A DNA stretch of 64,000 bases from Candidatus Krumholzibacteriia bacterium. Its GTDB lineage: Bacteria > Krumholzibacteriota > Krumholzibacteriia > Krumholzibacteriales > Krumholzibacteriaceae. The stretch is taken from NCBI GenBank assembly GCA_963836185.1, contig CAWIIQ010000001.1, forward strand, positions 704,001 through 768,000. Reading direction: 5' to 3'. Of the stretch, positions 11,201 through 22,061 are shown piece after piece (position 1 is the stretch's first letter; each line of letters starts with the position of its first letter). A model generated the notes under the pieces. The model ran no database searches. It was not told the DNA's origin and saw only the letters and a program-made list of their open reading frames with translations. Made by a program: the position numbers and the translations under genes.

Positions 11201-11730
11201 ACTTCGCTGACGCTTCCGTAACCGAGCATCACTTCATAGGCGTAGCCGGCCCATCCGCCGTCGCATCCCCTGTCTCCGGAATTACAGTCCATGATCTGCT
11301 GCTCGGAGAGGTCCTCCTCACGGTCCTCGTATATCTTTACGTGCCCTTCGAGCTGGCCGATAGCGGCGAAATCCCAGCACGATCCGCAGCTTCCCTGGTT
11401 CTTCGCGGGCGTAGTGCCGTTCATCGTCCGCCAGTCGAAGACCGGATCGTATGCAGCCCCTTCAGGAGCCTTGATAACGGGAAGGGATGATGTCTCGGAG
11501 GCCAGAGGCGGTATGTGTCCGCAAAGGACCTTTTTCTCCTCCTGCGTGAGATTGGAGACAGGAGTGGTGCCTGCCGTCCAGTGGAGCCCTTTTTCTCTGA
11601 TCTCTCTGTTGATCCGGTCGATCCGGTTCTGCTCTGTCTCCGTCCCTGCCGGTGAGGAGATGAAATAGAGCCCGGTTGCGAAAACCGCGGCGAATAACGC
11701 CGCGGAACGGACGTGCCTGAGGATTTTCAA
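8265..11730 (-). CDS. Secreted modular C1A (papain-like) cysteine protease with right-handed beta-helix, Ig-like modules and FlgD-Ig/T9SS-like CTD (frameshift near 10280)
   Basis: NQGSCGSCWDF, GAHAVTIVGW, WIIKNSWG catalytic motifs; GGGI parallel beta-helix repeats; ALHQNYPNPFN...SRKIVYLR. The two ORFs join by removing one base. Confidence 0.85.
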
Positions 11731-12076
11731 TGTTCCACCTTTCGGTTGTTGTTTCGTCAATTATACCACAACAGGGGGGTATCAGCCAATATCTGATGGT
11801 AACGGTTACAGTCATCGGACAGATTAAGCCCTTCCGGGTGGAACTTTGCCCATCCGCGGGCATATAAACAGACTGTTGCCGGCCGGTCCTGCGGCATGTC
11901 CGGAATGCACGGTGTAAGGTCATGCAGAGTCGCCCGGTTACAGAGGTTTGCCCTTGAATGAAGGCGGGTTATCCGTTAATTTGACCTTCGGGGTAAACGC
12001 CTCATATTATCCGTATAAAAACGTATCCGGGCCTCATGGCCCGGGCAGGGTGTTTTAGAATGCGAGGTCAGGCCGC

Positions 12077-13069
12077 ATGAGTATCGACGTAAAGAAGATA
12101 GGCGAGAAGGTAGAAAAAGAGTCCCGGGTGCTTGCCGGTGTGAGAAGCGAGATCGAGAAGGTCATCATCGGGCAGGAGTACATGATCGAGCGGCTGCTCA
12201 TCGGGCTTCTGTGCAATAACCACGTCCTCATCGAGGGGGTGCCCGGACTGGCCAAGACCCTGGCGGTGACGACGCTGGCCGAGCTCGGTCAACGCGTCCT
12301 TCAAGACGGATACAGTTTACCCCGGACCTGCTTCCGGCCGACCTGATCGGTACGCTGATCTACAACCCCCGCAGCGGGGAATTCACCACGAAGAAGGGCC
12401 CCGTCTTCGCGAACATCATCCTTGCCGACGAGATCAACAGGGCGCCGGCGAAGGTTCAGAGCGCACTGCTCGAGGCGATGCAGGAGCGTCAGGTCACGAT
12501 CGGCGAAGAGAGCCATCCGCTGGACGATCCTTTCATGGTGCTGGCGACGCAGAACCCGATCGAGCAGGAGGGGACATATCCTCTGCCCGAGGCGCAGGTC
12601 GACAGGTTCATGCTCAAGATAAAGGTCACATATCCGAACAGGGAAGAGGAGAAGAAGATCCTCGCGAAGATGGCCGGATCGGCGACGAAGATAGACGGTC
12701 GAGCCTGTGATCGAGACATCCGACATCCTCCGCCTGCGGGCTCTTACCGATGAGATCTACATGGACGAGAAGGTCGAGGATTACATCGTCAGTATCGTCC
12801 AGGCGACGAGAGCGCCGGAGGAATTCGGCCTGGATGTCGCCTCGATGATCCAGTACGGCGCCTCTCCGAGGGCGACGATCTTCCTCGCCATGGCTTCGCG
12901 GGCCCATGCCCTCCTGCAGGGCAGGGGGTACGTCACTCCCCAGGACGTCAAATCGATCGGGATGGATGTCCTGCGGCACAGGGTCATCATCACCTACGAG
13001 GCCGAGGCGGAGGAGAAGACGCCGGAAGATATCGTCACTGCGATATTCGACAACGTCCCTGTGCCCTAG
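12077..13069 (+). CDS. moxR: MoxR-family AAA+ ATPase (three +1 frameshifts)
   Basis: [71 protein letters not shown]. Confidence 0.9.
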
Positions 13070-13090
13070 GTTTCCCTGGATGGTGAGATC

Positions 13091-13965
13091 ATGATATCTG
13101 AAGAACTGGCTAAAAAGATAAGGATCCTGCAGATCACACGCGCAAGGTCGTCAATGACGTCCTTGCCGGCGAGTACGGGAGTGTCTTCCGCGGCCGGGGG
13201 ATGGAGTTCGACGAGGTCCGCGAGTACATGCCGGGCGACGAGATCCGCACGATCGACTGGAATGTCACCGCGCGTACAGGCACGCCGTACGTTAAGAGAT
13301 TCGTGGAGGAGAGGGAACTGACGGTGATGTTCGTGGTCGACCTGTCCGCTTCGGGCGAGTTCGGCTCGGTCAGCAAGCTGAAGAACGAGGTCGCAGCCGA
13401 GTTCTGTTCCCTTCTCGCGTTTTCCGCCGTGAAGAACAACGACAAGGTCGGGCTGATCGTATTCACCGACCAGATCGAGATGTATATCCCGCCCAAAAAG
13501 GGGACGCAGCACGTGCTGCGCGTCATCAGGGAACTGTTGAACTTCAAGCCGCGTCAGGCCAGCACCGACATCGAGGGCGCGCTCGACTTTCTCGGCAAGG
13601 TCACCAAGAAACGCTCCGTTGTCTTCCTCGTATCCGACTTCCAGGCCGAGGGATTCGAGAAACCGATGAGGGTCATCGGGAAGCGGCACGATCTTGTCGC
13701 CGTGACCGTCGTCGATCCGAGAGAGGTCAGCCTCCCCAATGTCGGCCTGGTCGAGCTGGAGGATGCCGAAACTGGGGAGATAGTCCTTGTCGATACGGGG
13801 AGCGCGGGAATCAGAAAGAAATACGAACGCCTTGGGAGGGAACAGTCGGACCGTTTCAGAGAGCTCTTCTCTTCCATGGGCGTGGACCAGATAGAGGTCA
13901 TGACAGACCGTGATTACGTGCCGAATCTCGTCAGGTTCTTCCGCACGAGGGAGAGACGTTACTGA
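13091..13965 (+). CDS. DUF58 family protein (MoxR-associated VWA-like; frameshift near 13140)
   Basis: GMEFDEVREYMPGDEIRTIDWNVTAR, VKRFVEERELTV, VDLSAS, VFLVSDF. Confidence 0.9.
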
Positions 13966-13981
13966 TCTTATGGAGGAAATT

Positions 13982-15050
13982 ATGTCCGACGATCTGAAGC
14001 TATCGCTCGATTCGGTAAAAAGGGAAAAGAAGGACAGAACGGCGCTGATAATCGCCCTTCTCGTGATCTTGATCGCCCTCGCCGCGCCGAACATCGCGCA
14101 ATTCTTCAGAAGTATCGGCGGTAGCGGCGGCGACCCCGTCGTCCTCGAAAGAGTAGCGTTGAAGCTCGAGAAACAGGAGCTGTACAGCGCCGCGGCGGAG
14201 ACATGGATCGAATATATAGAGGCAGCTGCGCCGGAAAAGGATGAGCGGGCTCGTATCCTGTACCGCATCGGCCGGATGAGAGAACAGTCGGGAGACTATG
14301 AGTCGGCACTGGCTGCCTACTACAGGAGCGAACAGACCGCGGTGATCTCCGGAACTCGAGCAGGAGATATCGATGGCGGCCGAGCGATGCCTGACGAGGC
14401 TGGCGAAGTTCTCGGCTCTGCGCTCGGAGATCGCAGCCCGGACATCGATCGGTGCTGACGATGGTCCCGGGGCCGAGGTGCTTGCCGAGATAGGGGCCGA
14501 GAAGATAACGAAAGAGATGCTTCTCGCTATGATCGAGTCAGAGGTCGTCGCTCAGGTCGCCCAGACCGCGGCCGGGATGCCGGCCGACCAGGTCAGGGCC
14601 CGGCGCGAAAAGGTGTTTGAAGAGGTGATGAAGGAGACCGATCTCGGGCAGTGGCTCGAGAGGCTCATCGCGGAGGAGATCCTGTTCAGGTACGCGATGG
14701 AAGAGAATCTGCACGAGGACCCCGAGATCGCCGATATGTCCAGGCGTATAGAGCGCAACCTGCTCACGAGCCAGGTACTCGCGAGGGAGTACGCTGAATA
14801 TGTCTCAGTCACCGAAGATGAGCTGCGGGAGTGGTACAGGGCGAACGGCTCGAAACTCGCCGGAGCGGCAGGCCTCGAAGGTGGCGCGGTCCCGCCTTTC
14901 GATGAGGTGTCGGACCAGGTATACGCGGCTGTCCGCAGGGAAAAAGAGATGGCTGTGCAGTCGGCCCTTCTCGAGAAACTGATCGAGCGCTACGACGTCG
15001 TGATACATGGCGGGAAACCGGGCGGAGAGAAGAAGGAAGAGCAGCAGTAA
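13982..15050 (+). CDS. Membrane-anchored TPR protein fused to a PrsA/SurA-like chaperone domain lacking the parvulin domain (frameshift near 14351)
   Basis: GGAGG RBS; N-terminal TM; TPR (ILYRIGRMREQSGDYESALAAYYRS); foldase-like LERLIAEEILFRYA, VTEDELREWY, PPFDEVSDQV...LLEKLIERYDVVI. Confidence 0.6.
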
Positions 15051-15054
15051 TATT

Positions 15055-16065
15055 ATGGCCCCGAGATTACGAATATACGCATTGCTCGCATTGGCGGTCA
15101 TCGCTTCAGCGATGATCTTCTCCTGCGATGGAGATGAATCGGCCGCCCCGGAGCAGACCTGGGAGATCGACCGCGACTTTACGCGCGGACCGGTCGTCCT
15201 GCGCGTGGCGGTAAGCCGAAAAGAGCTGACGATTGCGGACCGTCTCGACCTTCTCGTCGAGACCCGTGCAGGCGCCGGCTACATAACGGAGCTCCCGCGG
15301 TTCGGCGACAAGCTCGAGGAGTTCGGGATAGTCGATTACAGGAGCGGCCCGCCCCGTCTCGACGACGATGGGACGGTTGTGACGAGCAGGACCTACGAGC
15401 TCGAGCCCTTCCTCTCGGGCGAGTATGTGATACCTCCGATGACGATATCCTTCCACGAGGAAGGCGACACCACCCTTCACTATCTCGAGTCGGACACTAT
15501 TCGCGTGATGGTCGCTTCGATCCTTCCTGAGGACCAGGAGGGACTGGAGATAAGGGAGATAACGGGTCCGGTCCGGCTGCCGGTCGATTATCGCAAGGCG
15601 CTGCTTATAGGCGCGGCGGTCCTGCTGGCGGCCGCGGCGTTAGTCTTCCTGCTCTGGCGCCGGTCAAAAAGGCTCAAGGAAGTGGCGGCCCGGGCTGTAC
15701 CGGCCCACGAGAAGGCATTTGCCCTTCTCGAGAGACTGCTTGCCGAGAAACTGGTGGAGGAAAAGAGATACGCCGAGTTTACCGCCAGGGTCTCTGACAT
15801 CCTGCGTACATATATCGAGGACAGGTTCGGGCTGAAGGCGCCTGAGAGGACGACCGAGGAGTTCCTCGCTGAGGCGGGCGACGGACTCGACGTGGATACG
15901 GAAAAGAAATCGATACTCGCGCAATTCCTCGTTCACTGCGACCTCGTCAAGTTCGCGGCGCTCGAGCCGACGGCCGATGACGTGAAGCGGACATTCGAGA
16001 CGTGCAGGGATTTTATCGACGCAACGAAAAGGGAGGAGGTGAGGGAGGCGGCCGCACAGCCTTGA
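15055..16065 (+). CDS. Bat-locus membrane protein (BatD-like Ig N-terminus, TM, DUF4381-like C-terminus)
   Basis: Lipoprotein-like signal (IFSC); YELEPFLSGEYVIPP; TM; LRTYIEDRFGLKAPERTTEEFL, CDLVKFA. Confidence 0.75.
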   Translation: MAPRLRIYALLALAVIASAMIFSCDGDESAAPEQTWEIDRDFTRGPVVLRVAVSRKELTIADRLDLLVETRAGAGYITELPRFGDKLEEFGIVDYRSGPPRLDDDGTVVTSRTYELEPFLSGEYVIPPMTISFHEEGDTTLHYLESDTIRVMVASILPEDQEGLEIREITGPVRLPVDYRKALLIGAAVLLAAAALVFLLWRRSKRLKEVAARAVPAHEKAFALLERLLAEKLVEEKRYAEFTARVSDILRTYIEDRFGLKAPERTTEEFLAEAGDGLDVDTEKKSILAQFLVHCDLVKFAALEPTADDVKRTFETCRDFIDATKREEVREAAAQP

Positions 16066-16069
16066 TCTC

Positions 16070-17131
16070 ATGAGATTCGAATCCCCATGGGCACTGCTCG
16101 CGCTTATCGCGATCCCGCTGATCCTCTTCTACCTTTCGAGGAGGAAGGGGCCGGGAAGCATACGGTTCTCCTCGATCGGCAACGCCCGCGGCGCGGGGCG
16201 CTCGCTGAGGCAGACGTTCTCGATGATGCCGCTCTTCCTGAGAGCGGCGGCGATGATCCTTCTTGTCCTGGCTCTCGCCAGGCCGCAGATGGGAAGGGAG
16301 AAGGTAAAGGACGTCACGAAGGGTGTCGCCGTCCAGATGGTCGTCGACAGGTCGAGCTCGATGTCCGCGGAGATGGATTACCGCGGTATCCGGCGCAACA
16401 GGCTCGATGTCGTCAAGAAGGTCTTCGAGGAGTTCATCATGGGCAACGGCGAGGAACTCGGCGGCCGTCCGAACGATCTCGTCGGCATGGTGGCATTCGC
16501 AAGGTACGCCGATACGATGGCGCCGCTGACTCTCGGCCACGGGGCTCTGCTGCGCTTCCTCGACCAGGTGAAGATCGTCACCCGGAGGGCCGAGGACGGC
16601 ACGGCGATAGGCGATGCCCTGGCCCTGGCGGCGGCGAGGCTGCGGACAGCGGAGGAGGATCTCGCAAAGTTCGCCTCCGGGACCGGTGAAAAGGAATACG
16701 AGATAAAGAGCAAGATCATCATCCTGCTCACAGACGGCCAGAACAACTTCGGAAAGAGGGCCCCGGAGCAGGCTGCCCAACTGGCTGCGGACTGGGGTAT
16801 CAAGGTATACACGATCGGCGTGGGAGGCGATGACGGGGTCAGCACCGTGAAGACACTCTTCGGCAATTTCAAGGTTCCGACCGGTACGAGAGTCGACACG
16901 AGACCCCTGCAGAGAGTCGCGGAGATGACGGGCGGGATATTCAGGATGGCCGGCGACGATGAATCTCTAAGAGAGGTATACGCCGAGATCGACAAGCTCG
17001 AGAAGAGCGATATCGAGTCTGTGCGTTACATAGATTACAAGGAACTCTTCGTTCCGTTCGCCCTTGTCGCGCTGATGCTGGTGATGCTCGAGGTCATCCT
17101 CTCCGCGACGGTATTCAGGAGGATCCCCTAG
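16070..17131 (+). CDS. batA: BatA VWA-domain protein
   Basis: MRFESPWALL, LALARPQ, MIDAS DRSSSM, GTAIGDAL, ILLTDGQNN, TGG. Confidence 0.88.
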   Translation: MRFESPWALLALIAIPLILFYLSRRKGPGSIRFSSIGNARGAGRSLRQTFSMMPLFLRAAAMILLVLALARPQMGREKVKDVTKGVAVQMVVDRSSSMSAEMDYRGIRRNRLDVVKKVFEEFIMGNGEELGGRPNDLVGMVAFARYADTMAPLTLGHGALLRFLDQVKIVTRRAEDGTAIGDALALAAARLRTAEEDLAKFASGTGEKEYEIKSKIIILLTDGQNNFGKRAPEQAAQLAADWGIKVYTIGVGGDDGVSTVKTLFGNFKVPTGTRVDTRPLQRVAEMTGGIFRMAGDDESLREVYAEIDKLEKSDIESVRYIDYKELFVPFALVALMLVMLEVILSATVFRRIP

Positions 17132-18145
17132 ATGCACCTGGGCAACGTGAATATGCTTCTTTTTCTCTGGCTGATCCCGGCCGTGGCTGTGCTTTATTTC
17201 TACGCCTCGTGGCGCCGCGGCAAGGCAATGCGCGTTTTCATCGACGAGGGTCTCCTCGACAGGATATCGATGTCGGTAAACCAGGCGGGCAGGAGAGCCA
17301 AGGCGGGGCTGATAATAATCGCGCTGGCCTTTCTGATAGTCGCGCTGGCGCGCCCCGCATGGAATCCGAAGCCTAGAACGGTCCAGAGGAAAGGGCGGGA
17401 CATCGTATTCGTCCTAGACGTCTCGAGGTCGATGATCGCCGAGGATCTCGTTCCGAGCAGGCTGGGCAAGGCCAAATACTCGATATTGGACATGATAGAA
17501 AGCCTCGAGGGCGACAGGGTGGCGCTCGTCGTCTATGCCGGTTCCGCGGTCCTCAAGTGCCCCCTCACCCTTGACTACGGGTTCTTCAAGCTGATGCTCG
17601 AGGATGTCGATACATACAGCGTCACAAGGGGCGGTACGATGATAGGCGACGCCGTCCGTAAGGCTCTCGATGAGGCCTTCGATGACCAGGAGAAGAAGTA
17701 CAAGGATATGATACTTATCACCGACGGTGAGGATCACGATTCCTTCCCCGTCGAGGCGGCAGAAGAGGCCGGCAGGCGGGGCGTGAGGATGATCGCCATC
17801 GGTCTCGGGGACGAGGACCAGGGCAGGCGTATCCCCGTCACCGACGAAAGCGGCAGGAAGACATTCCTCAAGTACAAGGGACAGGAGGTCTGGAGCAGGC
17901 TCGATGCCGAGACGCTGCGGAAGATGGCCAACAAGACACCCGGCGGCAGATATCTCAACGTCGCGACCGGGACGATCGATCTCGGGGAGGTCTACCGCAA
18001 TCTGATAGCCGGCGAGGAGAAGCGCGAGATAGAGTCGAAGACGATCAATCTCTACGAAGAGAAATTCCAGATATTCCTTGCCTTCGCGATATTCTTTCTT
18101 GCGGTCGAGATGCTGGTCAGCGACAGGAGGCGGAAGACACAATGA
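17132..18145 (+). CDS. batB: BatB VWA-domain protein
   Basis: ALARPAW, VLDVSRSMIAEDLVPSRL, PLTLD, LITDGEDH, EKFQIFL. Confidence 0.88.
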   Translation: MHLGNVNMLLFLWLIPAVAVLYFYASWRRGKAMRVFIDEGLLDRISMSVNQAGRRAKAGLIIIALAFLIVALARPAWNPKPRTVQRKGRDIVFVLDVSRSMIAEDLVPSRLGKAKYSILDMIESLEGDRVALVVYAGSAVLKCPLTLDYGFFKLMLEDVDTYSVTRGGTMIGDAVRKALDEAFDDQEKKYKDMILITDGEDHDSFPVEAAEEAGRRGVRMIAIGLGDEDQGRRIPVTDESGRKTFLKYKGQEVWSRLDAETLRKMANKTPGGRYLNVATGTIDLGEVYRNLIAGEEKREIESKTINLYEEKFQIFLAFAIFFLAVEMLVSDRRRKTQ

Positions 18146-19269
18146 AACGCCTCACAGGATTGATAACGGCGATCGCCGTCCTCGTGATCTCGGCGCCTGT
18201 TTTCGCCGACTCGGCGGGCAGGCTCGTAAAGCGTGGAAACGACAGTTTCGATCGCGGAGATCTCGACGCGGCCACGGAGTATTACGAGCTCGCTTCGGTG
18301 AAGATCCCCGAATCTCCGATCGTCGAGTTCAATATCGGAAACGTCGAATATATGAAGGGTGATTTCGCCGCAGCCCGCAGCCGTTTTGAGACGGCCGCGC
18401 TGAAATCACGCGATCTGACGCTTGAGGCACAGGCTCTCTACAACATAGGGAACTGTGCATTCAGGCAGGGGCAGCGCCAGGCCGACAGCGATCTCGAGAA
18501 GGCGCTCGAGTTCTTCAAGGAGAGCGTGGAGTATTACGCTGCCGCTCTCGAGAAACAGCCGGGCATGCCGGATGCGGCGCACAACCTCGAGGTGGCGCGT
18601 CTTCTGATAAAGGACCTTCTCGATGCGATCAAGAAGCAGCAGGAACAGATGCAGGAACAGCAGAAGAAGCTGAGGGAAGTGGTCGACTCGCTGCTCGCGG
18701 TGATGAAGAAGCAGAACACGGCGCTCGGCAGATCGCTCGATCTCGAAGACGCGAAGGACAGGAGCACACCCGACTGGAGCGGCAAGGTCGATGGAATAAA
18801 GGATGACCAGAGCTCGATAGCCGGCAAAACAGGCGAGGTAAGCGGCATGCTTACCGACCTGTTCAAGGATCAGCAGCCGGAACAGGTGATGCAGGCCCTC
18901 GCGCACCTCGATTCCTCGATAGTCGACCAGGAAGGCGCCCTCAGCGACCTCGGCGAAAGAAAACCGGGTCTGGCCGCCACGGACCAGCAGAATTCACTCG
19001 AACAGATGAAGAAAGCTCTTGAGAAGCTGACCGAGGGCGAGGGTGATAACCAGGACCAGCAGCAGCAACAGGATCAGCAGGATCAGCAGGACCAGCAACA
19101 GCAGCAGGAGCCCCAGCAGCCCCAGCAGCCTCCTGAGGATCAGCAACAGAAGGAACAGCAGCAGGCCCGCAGTGAGACCGCAAAGGATATTCTCGACGAG
19201 GAGAAGAAGAACCGCGAGAAGAGGAAAAAGGCGGCGGGCAACTACCGCAAGGTCGACAAGGACTGGTAA
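18142..19269 (+). CDS. batC: BatC-like TPR protein with coiled coil and Q-rich linker
   Basis: Signal peptide, TPRs (FNIGN, YNIGN, AAHNLE), Q-rich tract, terminal VDKDW. Confidence 0.8.
   Translation: MKRLTGLITAIAVLVISAPVFADSAGRLVKRGNDSFDRGDLDAATEYYELASVKIPESPIVEFNIGNVEYMKGDFAAARSRFETAALKSRDLTLEAQALYNIGNCAFRQGQRQADSDLEKALEFFKESVEYYAAALEKQPGMPDAAHNLEVARLLIKDLLDAIKKQQEQMQEQQKKLREVVDSLLAVMKKQNTALGRSLDLEDAKDRSTPDWSGKVDGIKDDQSSIAGKTGEVSGMLTDLFKDQQPEQVMQALAHLDSSIVDQEGALSDLGERKPGLAATDQQNSLEQMKKALEKLTEGEGDNQDQQQQQDQQDQQDQQQQQEPQQPQQPPEDQQQKEQQQARSETAKDILDEEKKNREKRKKAAGNYRKVDKDW
19051..19165 (+). repeat. CAG-rich low-complexity tract encoding the BatC poly-Q linker
   Basis: QDQQQQQDQQDQQDQQQQQEPQQPQQP. 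Confidence 0.8.
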
Positions 19270-19335
19270 AGTGACGGAACAGGATATGGGGTTTGTCCGT
19301 ATCCCCGGTATGATATAGATTGAACGCGAGTATAT

Positions 19336-21206
19336 ATGACAGGAAAAGGACGCATAAACATTATAGCGGGAATCCTGGCGCTGACGATCCTTGTCGCGGC
19401 GCTTCCTGCCCCGGTCCGCGCTGCAGGCGACATCAGGGTCGTCGCCAACGTCGAGTCGCGCGACGTCTATGTCGGCGAGTCGTTCCTCATGCAGATATCG
19501 GTCGATGGCTCGGACAGGTCCGAGGCTCCCGACATGACCGCGATCGATGGATTCGCCGTAGAGTACATGGGCGGCTCTAACAACTCGAGCCAGTCTATCT
19601 CGATAGTAAACGGCCGCGTGGAGAGAAATGTCCAGAAGGGGTTCGTGTTCACATACAAGTTCACTCCCCAGAGGGCGGGCAGGCTTACTATCCCGTCGAT
19701 CGACGTCAAAGTCGAGGGAACGACTTTCCGCACCGGACCTATCACAGTATCGGTGAAGCGTCCCGAGGAGACCGAGGACTTCAAGCTGAGGATACGTATC
19801 TCTCGAGAGACCTGTTACGTAGGCGAGCCGGTGCTGCTGACCGTCACCTGGTACCTGCGCCGCGACGTCCAGGCATTCGAGTTTACGGCGCCCGTTCTTT
19901 CAAACAATGCTTTCTCCTTCGAAGCTCCCGAAGTGAAGATAGACCCCTCGAAGAAATACTTCCGCGTGCCACTGGCCGGCAGGGAAGTGATAGCGGAGAA
20001 GGGCAGGGGAATGCTCGACGGGGAGAGCTACGCCACACTCGAATTCAAGATCGCCGTCATCCCCGAACGCTCAGGCACATTCGCTATTCCCGAATTCATC
20101 GTCGCCTGCGAGTCAGGCACCGGAGTCAGGAACAGCCGGGACTTCTTCAACGATTTCTTCGGAGACGACGTTTTCGGTAAATGGAGGGGAAGCCTCAGAA
20201 AATATGTCGTGCCATCGAACGCGCTGAGCCTGGGAGTCAAGGCGCTGCCGACGGAGGGCAGGCCGGCAGGATTCGCCGGCCATGTCGGCGAGTACCAGCA
20301 TCCTGACCTCGGCTGAGCCGCTCGAGGTGAATATCGGCGATCCGATAACCCTCAACGTGATCCTCGAGGGACCCGACTATCTGGGCAGGGTAGATCTGCC
20401 TTCACTCGCAGGGCAGGATGGAACTTGCCGGGAACTTCAAGATCCCCGATGAAAGAGCCCCGGGGAAGATAGAGGGAAAACGCAAGATATTCACGCAGAC
20501 GATCCGTGCGATCGACGACCAGGTCACGCGGATACCTCCTGTCAGCCTCGTCTATTTCGATACGGCGAAGGAGCAGTATGTCACCGCCGTCTCCGATCCG
20601 ATACCGATAGCGGTAAGAAAGACTAGGATCGTGACGGCCGGCGACGCGGAAGGGATAGACAGCGGCGACCGCGGGTCCCCCCTGGAGAAGTGGAAGGCCG
20701 GGATCGCGTATAACTACGAGGGCCATGAAGTTATCGAGGCTCAGGATTTCGGCCTCGATTCGATCCTTTCCGAGGCCGGTGTAAAGCTCATGCTGATCAT
20801 TCCGCCGATAGCTTGGCTGCTGGTGCTCGGCACGGTATTAGTCTCCAGAAAGAGATCGGCCGACCCGGACGCTGCCAGGTCGCGGAGCGCCATGCGCCGC
20901 CTGCGAGGCAGGCTGGCCGGGCTTTCACCCGAGGACAGCGACGAGACATTCTGCAGCGGGGTGATGGATTCATTCAAGATATACCTGGGCGAGAAACTGC
21001 GGATAGCCGGCAGGGCGCTCACCACGAGCGAGATAGAAAGGCTGCTTACGGAACGCGGGATAGAAAGCGGACTTACAGGCGAGGTCAAGGACCTGCTTTC
21101 GAGCTGCGAGTACGGCGCTTATGCCGGCGGAGCGGCGGTCGACGGCAGGGAGAAACTCGTCGAAAGGGCCACAGATACGGCCCGGAAACTGGACAGGGTG
21201 CTTTGA
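19336..21206 (+). CDS. batD: BatD family protein (two +1 frameshifts, near 20296 and ~20410)
   Basis: SSQSISIVNG, YVGEPV, GFAGHVG, VNIGDPITL, VYFDTAKEQY, C-terminal TM and helical domain. Confidence 0.85.
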
Positions 21207-21211
21207 CAGGC

Positions 21212-22033
21212 ATGACCGGCATAAAGATCACGCTGCTTGCGGTGATGATGGCGCTTTCAACGGTGGTATCGGCACAGGAGATATCGTCAGCGTCACTGAC
21301 CGAGGAGCATCTCTCCGCGGCCGAGGAGGCTTTCGGCCGGGCGATAGAGCTCGACATGACCGATCCGGAGGCCGCAGCTGACTATTACAGGAAGGCTATC
21401 CTCCACTATGAACGCCTGGTAGCTTCCGGCGTCCGCAACGGAAAGCTTTACTATAATATCGGAAACGCATGGTTCAGGCTCGACGACATGGGCAGGGCGA
21501 TCCTCAACTACAGGCGTTCCGACCTGTACAATCACGCCGATCCAAACCTGAAGCAGAATATCCAGTTTGCCAGGAGCAGGCGGGTCAACCGGATCGAGGC
21601 TCAGCAGCGCGACCGCGTGTTCAAGACACTCTTCTTTATTCACTACGACGTTCCCACGAGGGTGAGATTCGGGATATTCCTCGGCGCTTTTATCCTGCTG
21701 TGGAGCGCCGCGATAATCGCCGTCTTCTACAGGCGAGGCTGGGTCAGGACACTTGTCATCTCGCTCGCTGTTGTATCCACCATCTTCCTGATATCACTCA
21801 TATCGGAGAAGGTATCGATGACAAGGGATCCGGCCGGCGTAGTCATCGCTCCGGAGGTCACGGCGAGGAAAGGCGATGGCGAGACGTATCAGCCGTCGTT
21901 TACCGCCCCGCTTTTTTCCGGAACGGAGTTCGATCTGCTGGAACAAAGGCCCGACTGGTGGTACATTGAGCTGGAAGACGGGGCGAGGTGCTGGATCCCA
22001 TCATGGGGCGGCGAACTCGTCCTTCAGGAATAG
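21212..22033 (+). CDS. batE: BatE-like TPR/SH3 protein
   Basis: LYYNIGNAWFRLDDMGRAILNYRR, two TM segments, SH3-like WWYIELEDGARCWIP. Confidence 0.82.
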   Translation: MTGIKITLLAVMMALSTVVSAQEISSASLTEEHLSAAEEAFGRAIELDMTDPEAAADYYRKAILHYERLVASGVRNGKLYYNIGNAWFRLDDMGRAILNYRRSDLYNHADPNLKQNIQFARSRRVNRIEAQQRDRVFKTLFFIHYDVPTRVRFGIFLGAFILLWSAAIIAVFYRRGWVRTLVISLAVVSTIFLISLISEKVSMTRDPAGVVIAPEVTARKGDGETYQPSFTAPLFSGTEFDLLEQRPDWWYIELEDGARCWIPSWGGELVLQE

Positions 22034-22061
22034 AATAATCCGTTTCATTGAAAGGAGCCGC

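Noticed and set aside
11799-11815. GTAACGGTTAC palindrome and GTTACAGTCAT repeated at 54237
   Set aside because: Short enough to occur by chance; no cognate regulator in the window.
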